Positions 9,763 through 18,771 are shown, numbered from the stretch's first letter. The stretch: 35,506 nucleotides of DNA from Promethearchaeota archaeon (GCA_048939995.1 JBHLOY010000017.1:1-35506), one strand, 5' to 3'. Program-made: numbers and translations. Notes: generated by a model not told the origin, from the letters alone.

Positions 9763-10401
9763 TTATGGGACTAAAATCATCAGCAAAGTGATAATCCAAT
9801 AAATGAAAAATACTGCTGAAGCAATAATCAAAATTATTGATGATATGGTTAAACATTTTACACGTATTTTTAATGCATATAACAATAAGAATATCCTCGA
9901 TACTACCATTAGGGGTATTATTATAATAGCAATTATCTCAAAAATTAGAACTAAAGTTGGAGTTAGTGGAAAAAGCGATGCTGGGAACATAATTATATTT
10001 ACAATTAACAGAATTACAGAATAAACAATCCAGAAAATTCCTGACAAGAGTAAATTTTTTCCAAAACGATCACTATTTTTTTTTCCTAAAATTATTATCA
10101 ATATCCCAAAAGTAATCATTGATATGATATTTGGTATGATATACATAATAATATGGTTTATATTCATAGTTAATGGTGTAAACCCCATAAAAGTGTAAAC
10201 TAGAGAAGATAACCGTCCCTTTAAAAGCCCATATACAATCTCAATAGCCCCTATAATTATGAAAAATATAGAACCTTGAAGCTTTTCTTCTTTTTTTAAA
10301 TTTAATGCACCAGCAATTACGATAAATAGATAAGCTATTATTAACAAGGAGAGTCCAATTATATCAAGAACAATTCTGGTTTCAATCAATTGAAATAACA
10401 T
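9763..10401 (-). CDS. Multi-pass (~6 TM) membrane protein, paralog A
   Basis: Highly hydrophobic; paralogous to 10540..11166. Confidence 0.8.
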   Translation of the reverse strand: MLFQLIETRIVLDIIGLSLLIIAYLFIVIAGALNLKKEEKLQGSIFFIIIGAIEIVYGLLKGRLSSLVYTFMGFTPLTMNINHIIMYIIPNIISMITFGILIIILGKKNSDRFGKNLLLSGIFWIVYSVILLIVNIIMFPASLFPLTPTLVLIFEIIAIIIIPLMVVSRIFLLLYALKIRVKCLTISSIILIIASAVFFIYWIITLLMILVP

Positions 10402-10539
10402 GGTTATAAAACGTCTTTTTTAGATTTTTAAATTTATAAATAAAATCGACTTCTTTATTTAAAAAACTTTAGTCAATAAGGGATACCTAAAGAAATCACT
10501 AAAATGTATTGAAGTAAAAAAACAAAATATGATTTATTT

Positions 10540-11166
10540 TTAAGGGAAAAAAGCAATGAATATATCGATAATATTATAAAAAATGAATACCGTTGAAGCT
10601 GTGATAAATAATATTGATGCAACGAGTAGGTTTTTCTCATTCATTTTAATTGAATATAATAGCAAAAAAATTCTCGAGGCTACCATAAAAGCTATTACTA
10701 TAAGTGATAAGTTAATGAAGATCACGATCACTGTAGGTGTAACCGGGAACAAGCCGTAAATATTAATAATTAACAAGGTAGCAGCATAAATAATCCAGAA
10801 AATTCCTGACAAAAGTAACTTTTTTCCAAAGTTTTCTTTATTCCGTTTCGCTAAAATTATAATCAATACCCCAAAAGTGATTATTGATATGACATATGGG
10901 ACAATCCTCATGATTGAATAGGTTATCCTGTAACTCAACATAGTATAACCCATAAGGAAGGGAAGATAGTTATATAATTGCCACTTTAGAAGCTCGTATA
11001 CAATCTCAACAGCCCCAATGATTATTAAAAATAGTGGAGCTTTAAGATTCTCTTCTCTTTTTAAATTTATTGCACCAGTAATAACGAGAAATAGATATCC
11101 TAATATTAGTAATAAGGTTAAGATAAAAAAGAGAATACTATTGATTTCAACCAATTGGAATAACAT
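10540..11166 (-). CDS. Multi-pass (~6 TM) membrane protein, paralog B
   Basis: Shares MLFQL, IIIGAxEIVY, ITFG, FGKxLLLSGIFWI, SRIFLLLY with paralog A. Confidence 0.8.
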   Translation of the reverse strand: MLFQLVEINSILFFILTLLLILGYLFLVITGAINLKREENLKAPLFLIIIGAVEIVYELLKWQLYNYLPFLMGYTMLSYRITYSIMRIVPYVISIITFGVLIIILAKRNKENFGKKLLLSGIFWIIYAATLLIINIYGLFPVTPTVIVIFINLSLIVIAFMVASRIFLLLYSIKMNEKNLLVASILFITASTVFIFYNIIDIFIAFFP

Positions 11167-11314
11167 CGATTATCGCCTTTTCAGATTTTCAATTTTTTAA
11201 TAATAAAATTGTATTTGATATCTTTCTATAAAAAACTTACTTAGAAAATCCTAAAATTAAAAATTGTAATTAATTTTAAATTTTTAATCTTGTTAAATAT
11301 AAGGTTATAGAATA

Positions 11315-12172
11315 ATGAAAATATTATACGTCACTGATTTACATGGGATTGAGTGGAAATTCGATAAAATTTATAATTTAACCAAGTTGTTCAAACCTGA
11401 TGTAGTAATAAATGGTGGAGATATGCTTCCATTCAGAGGTAATTTATTACATCAAAATAAGTTTATAACTAACTTTCTTGATGATTATTTTTCGAAGTTT
11501 GAAGCAATGAAAATTTATTATTTGGGGTTGTTAGGAAATGATGATTTAATCATATTTGACGAGCTATTTCAAGAAACTTGCGATAAGTCCAAATATATTG
11601 AAAATATAGCTCAGACTCGATTCCAGATAGTTGGTAGTAAATATGAATTTATTGGGATGAATTGGGTAACGGATCTGCCTTTTGGTCTAAAAGATAGGGC
11701 GAGAAAGGACACTACTAATTTTAAGCATCCAAAGCAAATTGGTAAGCAATATCTTTCCTCTACTAATGGATGGAAAAAACTTGAAGATTGGTTTTCCTAT
11801 GCTGAGAATTTACCGACAATAAAAGACGAAATCAACAAATTAGTAAAACCTTTTGATATGAATAATGCAATTTATATAATCCATAATCCTCCTTCTCATC
11901 TAAGTCTTGATGTATGCTATGATGCGCGCAAAGTGGGGTCAAGGGCGATCTATGACTTTCTTGAAGAGAATCAACCAAAAATTTCATTTCACGGGCATAT
12001 TCACGAATCTCCTGATGTTTCTGGTAAATGGTATTCCTATTTAAAAAGAACACTGTGTATTCAACCAGGACAATCCCACCAATATGAAAATTATTTAACT
12101 TATGTATTAGCTGATCTAGAGACTATGAATTTTAACCGGAAAGTAATTGAGAAAGACCAAATAATTAACTAA
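11315..12172 (+). CDS. Calcineurin-like metallophosphoesterase (Icc-related)
   Basis: TDLHG, GGDML, GNDD, HNPP, VGSRA, HGHIHES, QPGQ. Confidence 0.9.
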   Translation: MKILYVTDLHGIEWKFDKIYNLTKLFKPDVVINGGDMLPFRGNLLHQNKFITNFLDDYFSKFEAMKIYYLGLLGNDDLIIFDELFQETCDKSKYIENIAQTRFQIVGSKYEFIGMNWVTDLPFGLKDRARKDTTNFKHPKQIGKQYLSSTNGWKKLEDWFSYAENLPTIKDEINKLVKPFDMNNAIYIIHNPPSHLSLDVCYDARKVGSRAIYDFLEENQPKISFHGHIHESPDVSGKWYSYLKRTLCIQPGQSHQYENYLTYVLADLETMNFNRKVIEKDQIIN

Positions 12173-12220
12173 TTAATTTTTCTCCTAAAAAGATTCAAAA
12201 AGAACTAGAAAAGGTCTTCT

Positions 12221-12306
12221 TCGATTTCAGATATATTTATATAGGTAGTTTATCTATATTAAAGTAAGTTTCGATTTATGATATATGCACCTATCGGAAA
12301 TCGAAA
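12221..12306 (+). promoter_or_regulatory. padR-hsp20 promoter with two TCGAT-N3-WGATATAT boxes flanking the TATA box
   Basis: tcgatttcagatatat 12221-12236, TTTATATA 12236-12243, tcgatttatgatatat 12271-12286; inverted repeat tttcgattt (12269-77) / aaatcgaaa (12298-306); SD ggtga before the TTG start. Confidence 0.55.
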
Positions 12307-12327
12307 TTAAAATTGGTGAGTTAAAAA

Positions 12328-12996
12328 TTGTTTTTTGGTAAGAGATTTAGTGGATATCACGGAGGACCCTTTTCAGGATTAGATATTTTAGTACTTTCTA
12401 TCATTAAAAATTATGAAAGTACGGGAATTTCTGGTTATGATATAATTCTCGAAATCAATCAGACATTTAAACCAATGTGGAGAGCTTCTCCCGGTACAAT
12501 TTATCCTTTATTAGGGCGCCTTGAAGAGAGAGCCTTTGTTGAGGCTGAAGAAATCATTGATGAGAACAACCGTCAAAAAAAAATCTATAAAATTACAAAG
12601 ACTGGAATAGAACGTCTTGAGGAGGTACTGAAGGATAATTTAGAATCAAGTATGAACACTCTTGGAGATTACATTAGAACAGTGGTTCAAACATGGCTAC
12701 CTGATGAAAAAAGAATTAATAGGGTAATGACTTGTTTTCCTTTTCATTGTTCTCCTCATCACAGAGAAATTGACAAGGAAGATTATTCATTAAAAAATAT
12801 TAATCGCTTGGAGAGAATTTTGAAAGAACTAAAGTTTAGTAAGCGGAGATTAGTGCATAGATTAGAAGAAATTGATATTGAGATTGAATCTTATCAAAAA
12901 GTATTAGATAATTTAAAGAATGAAAGAGATCAAAAAGCTAAAACGATTCCCATCGTAGGAGATGACGAATACGAGAGAGGTTTTGAGAAGGAGTAG
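12328..12996 (+). CDS. PadR family transcriptional regulator with C-terminal coiled coil
   Basis: SGYDII, WRASPGTIYPLLGRLEE, KKIYKITKTG; heptad-like tail. Confidence 0.9.
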   Translation: MFFGKRFSGYHGGPFSGLDILVLSIIKNYESTGISGYDIILEINQTFKPMWRASPGTIYPLLGRLEERAFVEAEEIIDENNRQKKIYKITKTGIERLEEVLKDNLESSMNTLGDYIRTVVQTWLPDEKRINRVMTCFPFHCSPHHREIDKEDYSLKNINRLERILKELKFSKRRLVHRLEEIDIEIESYQKVLDNLKNERDQKAKTIPIVGDDEYERGFEKE

Positions 12997-13044
12997 AACT
13001 CACCAATAAGTTGAATAATAGATTAAAAAAGAGAGGTAATAAAT

Positions 13045-13512
13045 ATGTGTGATGAAAAACATCATGGACCGAATATGTGGGCAGGTTGTTGTTCTCCAAG
13101 AGATATGGCACGAATGAAACATATGGCAGGTAAATTTATGAGACAATTTATGGGGGGATTTGGTAATTGGATACCCTATAATATCGAGGATCTTGGAAAC
13201 GAGTACTTAATTACAGTTCCTTTACCAGGGCGCACAAAGGAAGATGTTCAAGTATCATTGATAAATAAAAATCTTAATGTTAGTGCTAAAAAACCTAAAG
13301 TTCCTGAAAAAGAAGGAACGAAGAAAGAAGAGGAGAAAGGAATTCCATTTCCTTTTTATGGTTTTAGATTTATCGATGTCAATATGGATATTCAACTTCC
13401 GACAGACGCAAATGAAGATTTAATATCATCGAAGATGGCAAATGGATTATTAAGAATAACTTTAGGGAAAAAACCTGCAAAACATATCGATATAAATGAG
13501 GGACAGAACTAA
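13045..13512 (+). CDS. Small heat-shock protein (Hsp20/alpha-crystallin)
   Basis: LPGRTKEDVQV, IQLP, NGLLRITL, C-terminal IDI (IxI) motif; SD gaggt upstream. Confidence 0.9.
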   Translation: MCDEKHHGPNMWAGCCSPRDMARMKHMAGKFMRQFMGGFGNWIPYNIEDLGNEYLITVPLPGRTKEDVQVSLINKNLNVSAKKPKVPEKEGTKKEEEKGIPFPFYGFRFIDVNMDIQLPTDANEDLISSKMANGLLRITLGKKPAKHIDINEGQN

Positions 13513-13519
13513 AAAAGGA

Positions 13520-13592
13520 GAGGCGCTTCAGAATTATAAGTCTTTTAATCTAACGACTGGAACGTAGTACTTTTTTAATTCTTAAGCACCTC
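13520..13592. repeat. 17-bp imperfect inverted repeat (hairpin) 3' of hsp20
   Basis: gaggcgcttcagaatta (13520-36) / taattcttaagcacctc (13576-92), 15 of 17 complementary. Confidence 0.6.
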
Positions 13593-13825
13593 AATTAATT
13601 ATCATTTTTTTTTCTTTATTATTTTATGCTTTTATTTTCTTTTCTCTCACTCATTTATGAATTTATAATTCTTTAGATACTTTTGTCCTCAAAATTTATA
13701 CTGAAAAGTTATATAAATTAATGGAAAATGACGGATATGACACTAAACCGAGAAAAATTACTAACGCTTAACCAGATAAAACAATTAAAAGATATAAAAT
13801 AAAAATATGATAAGTAGAAATAAAA

Positions 13826-14770
13826 TTAACGATTTTTTTTTAACTTTCTTTGCCTAAGGATTAAAAACAGCACTAATCCGACTACAATACATGCTAGAAT
13901 TATTAAGATCGTATAAAAAAGCCAATTGGAGTCTCTGCTTAGAAATTCAAAAATTATACCTTCATTATTTTTCACAGAAAAGGTTGATATTAATCCTTTA
14001 GCTCCATATGTGATCTCAACTGTGTAATTTGCAATACCTGAGCGTTCAATTACAAGAGTTTTACCATTTGCAGAAATATTCTTGCACCCCAGTTCATTAA
14101 CTAGATTTGTTAGATACTCCTCTTGAGGTTCTGCAATTGCTAAACCATTTAGAGAAATCTGCCACAGAAAATCATCAGCAGTTAAAAGTGGAAAAGTATA
14201 TCCTGGTGGAAGCATCAATCCATTAAGCTCTGTCGAAAGATTGTTATAATCGTCTAACATTACTTTAAAGAGAAATGGGTTCTCCAGTACGAAAACTCCA
14301 TCGATATAACTAGGTTCTTCTTCAAAATCACTATCTGTAAAATTCCATACAGCACGTAATCCATACCACAATGTATAATTTAAAGGATAACCTGTATTAA
14401 TTGTAGTCTCATTGTAACCTTGAAAATTCAAGGTCTCTAATAACATAATCATTTCTTCTGGGTTGAAATATTTGGGCATGACAATAGACGTAAAAACATC
14501 ATATAGTTGCCAGGTGGTATAACTCCAACCTTTTATTGTAAACTTGCTCTTCGAATTTGTTATGTTTGCTGTTCCTCCAAACCAATCAGTAGGTGTTGTA
14601 GTTGTATTAACTGTAGTTTTCCATGCTATATCATCATACTGGGTTATTATGAACTCTTCGGTTCCTTTTACTAAGGTAGATTGATAGCTTGTAGCAGCTG
14701 ATACAGTAGTAATTAGCATTCCAAAAATGATCAATCCTACCAAACTGAATTTACTTCTCTTGTTAACCAT
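13826..14770 (-). CDS. Secreted protein with C-terminal membrane anchor
   Basis: Signal peptide ending VSA; Thr/Asn-rich ectodomain with several N-x-S/T sequons; C-terminal TM helix then RQRKLKK; last gene of the ABC operon. Confidence 0.8.
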   Translation of the reverse strand: MVNKRSKFSLVGLIIFGMLITTVSAATSYQSTLVKGTEEFIITQYDDIAWKTTVNTTTTPTDWFGGTANITNSKSKFTIKGWSYTTWQLYDVFTSIVMPKYFNPEEMIMLLETLNFQGYNETTINTGYPLNYTLWYGLRAVWNFTDSDFEEEPSYIDGVFVLENPFLFKVMLDDYNNLSTELNGLMLPPGYTFPLLTADDFLWQISLNGLAIAEPQEEYLTNLVNELGCKNISANGKTLVIERSGIANYTVEITYGAKGLISTFSVKNNEGIIFEFLSRDSNWLFYTILIILACIVVGLVLFLILRQRKLKKNR

Positions 14771-14772
14771 CT

Positions 14773-15627
14773 TTACAATTGCCTCCTTTTGAATAGTAAA
14801 GCTGCTAGTATAAAGAAAACAACAATGTATACAATTAGTAAGGTAGTCCCTATCTCAACACTGGGTGTTATCCAATTGCCAATAGTAAAACTACCACCAA
14901 AACCTCCAGGCCCCATTCCACCAAATGAAAATTCAACATATCTCGGATCAGGGAAAGGATTTTCGAGTATTGATGTTATAAGACTACCTAAATATGATAC
15001 TGAATATAAAGGTTCAAAACTATCTCGAAACACCAATGTAACAATTTGATCTGCGATATTAAGACCAATGAGAAGAATTATTAGTGTAATAATGATTGTA
15101 ATAGTTTCGCTTCTCAAAAATGAACTAAACAGCGTAACAAAACTACTCAATGTAATTACATACAATAAAGCAAAACCATAGGAATATAAGAGCCGAATAG
15201 TAATAGGACCACCATAATAGAAAAATCCTAGTAATGCTAAGAAGAAATAATAAACAGATACAATAAAAGCGACTATCAGTAAATTACCTAAGTATTTTCC
15301 TAAAATTAATTTATATTTGTTTATCTTAGGAAACACTATAAACCCAGTTTTTTTGTCAAATTCAGAACAAATAATTCCTGAAAAGAAGAGACAAGCAGCA
15401 AATAAAGTTAGGAATGAAATAAAAGTTAATCCATCGCTAAAAAAATCTGCTTGTGTATCTGGGAGAAGATTTCCAGGGATTAGCTGTAAAAAGTACCCAA
15501 CTAAAAATACTACTACAATTGCTACTGCTAAAAAGAAATAAAATTTCTTTTTCTGCTTCTTTATCTCGAATACCATTGTATCCAAAATTGGTTTAATCCC
15601 AATACCACGCTGAATATTATTTACCAT
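14773..15627 (-). CDS. ABC-2 type transporter permease
   Basis: About 6 TM; ICSEFDKKT..., LILGKYLG, terminal FKRRQL typical of ABC-2 permeases. Confidence 0.85.
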   Translation of the reverse strand: MVNNIQRGIGIKPILDTMVFEIKKQKKKFYFFLAVAIVVVFLVGYFLQLIPGNLLPDTQADFFSDGLTFISFLTLFAACLFFSGIICSEFDKKTGFIVFPKINKYKLILGKYLGNLLIVAFIVSVYYFFLALLGFFYYGGPITIRLLYSYGFALLYVITLSSFVTLFSSFLRSETITIIITLIILLIGLNIADQIVTLVFRDSFEPLYSVSYLGSLITSILENPFPDPRYVEFSFGGMGPGGFGGSFTIGNWITPSVEIGTTLLIVYIVVFFILAALLFKRRQL

Positions 15628-15634
15628 TTTTAAG

Positions 15635-16672
15635 TCATCTCCTTATTGCTTCTGGTTCATTGTTTTTCACCATTTCGGAGTATACCATTTCTAATTGCGA
15701 TGTTTTTGGTTGTGTAAATGAAACTATTGAGAAATCCGATTCAAAATCCTTAATGAGAATTTTCAGAATTTCTGCTCTTGATTCGGCTTTACCATCATAA
15801 TAAAACTTTAATTCTTGTTTTTCGGGTTTATATTTTATTGGAATGGCCGATATAGAAGGATCCAAATCCAGATCTAAATATGGATTAAGTCTTTTGGTTA
15901 AACGATTTATAATTGGACCTAGTTTTTCAGGCTCAAGTGGTTTGAGCAAAATACAATTTAACATACTGGTTCTTAAATTTGATGCTAAATTTTCCACAGT
16001 GTCAAACCCGATAATTTTTCCATAATTAATCAAAGCAATTTTATCGCATACCTCTGAAATTTCATATAGCATATGAGAAGCAACAAATATAGTTTTTCCT
16101 TGAGATTGAAGCTCTCGGATGTATTTTCGTATTTCAATTCTAGCAAGGGGGTCAAGACCGGTCTGAGGTTCGTCTAGAATGACGATCTCTGGGTCATGAA
16201 TAATAGCTTGAATGATTCCTAATTTCTGGGTCATCCCTTTCGAAAAGTTCTTCACTTTTTCATATTTCCATTCTGAAAGCCCAAACAGAGTTAAAAGTTC
16301 ATCAATTCTATCATTGATCTTATCTCTTGGATACTTTTGAATTTTAGCAAAATATTTAAGTAATTCATAAGCCGTCATGTTGTAAAAATTAGGTATGTCA
16401 ATCAAAAAGCCCATCTGGCTAACTGTACTTGATATATTTTGTAAATCTTCTAAATGACTATGATTAGTTCTAACTAAGATTTTACCTGAATTTGGTCTTA
16501 AGATTTTTGCAATCATCTTTATTGTTGTGGTTTTTCCAGCACCATTTGGGCCAACTAAACCCACAGTTTCTCCACTGCACACTTCGAGGTTAATTTTATC
16601 TACTGCAGTAAAATTTCCGAATCGTTTTGTTATGTTTTCTAGTTTAATTACTATATCTGACATTGATTTCAT
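15635..16672 (-). CDS. ABC-2 type transporter ATP-binding protein
   Basis: Walker A GPNGAGKTT, signature FSKGM, Walker B VILDEP, H-loop SH. Confidence 0.95.
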   Translation of the reverse strand: MKSMSDIVIKLENITKRFGNFTAVDKINLEVCSGETVGLVGPNGAGKTTTIKMIAKILRPNSGKILVRTNHSHLEDLQNISSTVSQMGFLIDIPNFYNMTAYELLKYFAKIQKYPRDKINDRIDELLTLFGLSEWKYEKVKNFSKGMTQKLGIIQAIIHDPEIVILDEPQTGLDPLARIEIRKYIRELQSQGKTIFVASHMLYEISEVCDKIALINYGKIIGFDTVENLASNLRTSMLNCILLKPLEPEKLGPIINRLTKRLNPYLDLDLDPSISAIPIKYKPEKQELKFYYDGKAESRAEILKILIKDFESDFSIVSFTQPKTSQLEMVYSEMVKNNEPEAIRR

Positions 16673-16681
16673 TTTTTTAGT

Positions 16682-17230
16682 TTACTTTTTATTTTGATTT
16701 TCCAATTTTGAAATCTTTTGTTCAATATTTTGAAGTTTTGTGTTTAGTATTTCGATCCGCTTTTTGACAAATGACCTTTGAAATCGTAAAACGTTGATAT
16801 CATCTGTCTCAGAACCAATTCGATTAAATGGAGGTCCATGTCTGAAAAAATCTTTTTGGATGTCTGGAAATTCATCTTTAATTCCAAAAGTAGATGTGAT
16901 AATAGATCTTATTGATTCCCTTATTTCTTGTTCTTTCTTAATCATTATATCAAGGGTCTTTTTACCAGCTTCGGTAATTTCATAAATAATGACTTTCTCA
17001 TCTTCTTCTTGCTTAATAGGTTCAATCAAATTTTTCTCTCGTAAATTCTTAAGAATTGTATATATTGTTGAGTCGGCAATCGGATCCCATACTCCAAAAG
17101 AGCGTTCTTCAATTGCTTTTTTTATCTGGCGTCCATGCATTGGTTCTTTTTCTAAAACTAATAAAGTTAGTGTACTTATGAACCCTTTTTTCATTGCTTT
17201 TCCAAACTTATCGGCAATATCTTCAACCAT
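16682..17230 (-). CDS. PadR family transcriptional regulator
   Basis: KKGFIS...PMHG..IK..IEE...STIYTILKNL...YEITEAG; C-terminal coiled coil; first gene of the ABC operon. Confidence 0.9.
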   Translation of the reverse strand: MVEDIADKFGKAMKKGFISTLTLLVLEKEPMHGRQIKKAIEERSFGVWDPIADSTIYTILKNLREKNLIEPIKQEEDEKVIIYEITEAGKKTLDIMIKKEQEIRESIRSIITSTFGIKDEFPDIQKDFFRHGPPFNRIGSETDDINVLRFQRSFVKKRIEILNTKLQNIEQKISKLENQNKK

Positions 17231-17268
17231 TACAATACATCACCAAAATATTGATTTTCAAAATTGTA

Positions 17269-17310
17269 TCGATAATTGATATATCAGTAATCGAAATATA
17301 AAGTTTTTTA
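17269..17310 (-). promoter_or_regulatory. BRE/TATA plus adjacent 26-bp palindromic operator of the PadR-ABC operon
   Basis: Minus strand reads taaaaaac-TTTATATT (17310-17295), immediately followed by the imperfect palindrome tcgataattgatatatcagtaatcga (17269-17294). Confidence 0.6.
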
Positions 17311-17516
17311 TTCTAAAAGTTAAGAAACCTCATATTTCAACGTATTACAAAATTTGATTCAAAAAATTTTATAATTTCTATCAATAATTCAAAATTGCTT
17401 TGCTCACTTTTTGTACTATTCTTTTGAGTGTAATACATATGTAATATATTCAATTATTACTCTGTTTACTCTCGTAAGTATTAAATACTCCAATAATAAA
17501 AGGTGGTAGTAAAAAG

Positions 17517-17678
17517 TTGAAGTTAATAACTTGTCATGTACCCGAAGCTTATCTTCGTGGCATAGAAGAACTTGTCCAAATGAATGTTTATCCTAATCGT
17601 TCAGAAGTTATTCGTGTAGCAATTCGGGATTTACTCAAAACCGAATTAAGTACAGTTTTACATAAAAAACCGGAATAA
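17517..17678 (+). CDS. Ribbon-helix-helix (CopG/Arc/MetJ; CdrS-like) regulator, 53 aa, absent from the ORF track
   Basis: TTG start after SD aggtgg; translates MKLITCHVPEAYLRGIEELVQMNVYPNRSEVIRVAIRDLLKTELSTVLHKKPE; YPNRSExIRxAIRDLL is the archaeal RHH signature; T-run after the stop. Confidence 0.9.
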   Translation: MKLITCHVPEAYLRGIEELVQMNVYPNRSEVIRVAIRDLLKTELSTVLHKKPE

Positions 17679-17760
17679 TATTATTTTTTTTCTTATTTTC
17701 CCCTAACTCTCTATTCTTAAAATAAATTATTATAGTAATGGATACATTAGATTTCTTGTT

Positions 17761-18732
17761 ATGTGGAATATCTTAATCTGGATTCTATTATTCATTGGAG
17801 GATATTTATTGATATATTTTGCGGCGGATATCTTTCTTGATAATCTTAAGGAACTCTGCTTAATATGCAAATTATCTCCATTTATAATTGGATTATTAGT
17901 GCTGGGGATTGATCCTGAAGAATCAATTGCATCGATTATTGCTGCCATTAATGGATTGCCGTTTATTACAATCGGTAATATTATTGGAAATTCAATTTTT
18001 TCACTAACCTTATGTTTCGCACTACCCGCTTTTTTTTATAATATAACTTTAAAGTCTATTTCTCGATTTTATTTTGAGATTCTTTATATATGCATGATAT
18101 TCCTTCTATTGAGTTTTTTCGTTGAATATGGTTTGTTGCTTTTTGGATTAGCCGCTCTGATTTTGTATATAATTTATATTATAAAATCAATAAGAGATAT
18201 TTCGAAAAAAGGAGTTTTAGATACTGTCGAAATTAAAGATATAGCAGAAGAGCTCAAAGAACAGAAAGTAGAATTCAGTAAAGGCTCTATAGTTAAAAGA
18301 ATAATAATGATAATTATTGGACTCTTCTTTATCATTCTTGGAGGTGAAATTCTCATTTATTCAGCCGAAATATTAATAAATTTGACTGGAATCTCTGAAG
18401 AAATTTTTGGATTTTTAATCATCGCCTTTGTTACCAATGTTGAGGAATTAACATTAGTTTTTAAGTCAATTAAGAAGGGTAGTTTTGAAATTGGTTTAGG
18501 AGGAATGATGGGAAAAGTGATCTGGAATCTATCTCTAACCTTTGGTTTAGGTGGATTAATTGCTGTTCAAATTGGATTTAATCAAATATTAACTTACAAT
18601 TGGTTATTGTTACTGGGATTAATTGTTTATTATCATGTAAAATCAAAAAAGGAAAATTTAGGTAAGTTTGATGCCTCAATTTTAATGATATTTCTCATAG
18701 TTTTCATTATTATAAATCTAATTTTTAACTAA
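17761..18732 (+). CDS. Cation:Ca2+ antiporter (CaCA / Na_Ca_ex family)
   Basis: Two internal repeats of about 5 TM each; IGNIIGNSIF; alpha-repeat-like LGIDPEE and FVTNVEE. Confidence 0.8.
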   Translation: MWNILIWILLFIGGYLLIYFAADIFLDNLKELCLICKLSPFIIGLLVLGIDPEESIASIIAAINGLPFITIGNIIGNSIFSLTLCFALPAFFYNITLKSISRFYFEILYICMIFLLLSFFVEYGLLLFGLAALILYIIYIIKSIRDISKKGVLDTVEIKDIAEELKEQKVEFSKGSIVKRIIMIIIGLFFIILGGEILIYSAEILINLTGISEEIFGFLIIAFVTNVEELTLVFKSIKKGSFEIGLGGMMGKVIWNLSLTFGLGGLIAVQIGFNQILTYNWLLLLGLIVYYHVKSKKENLGKFDASILMIFLIVFIIINLIFN

Positions 18733-18771
18733 TCAATTAAGATTTTATTAAACTTTGAATTTCATTTTATA

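Noticed and set aside
13520-13592. Hairpin as a SECIS element
   Set aside because: No AUGA/GA quartet is evident, and neither flanking gene has an in-frame UGA.
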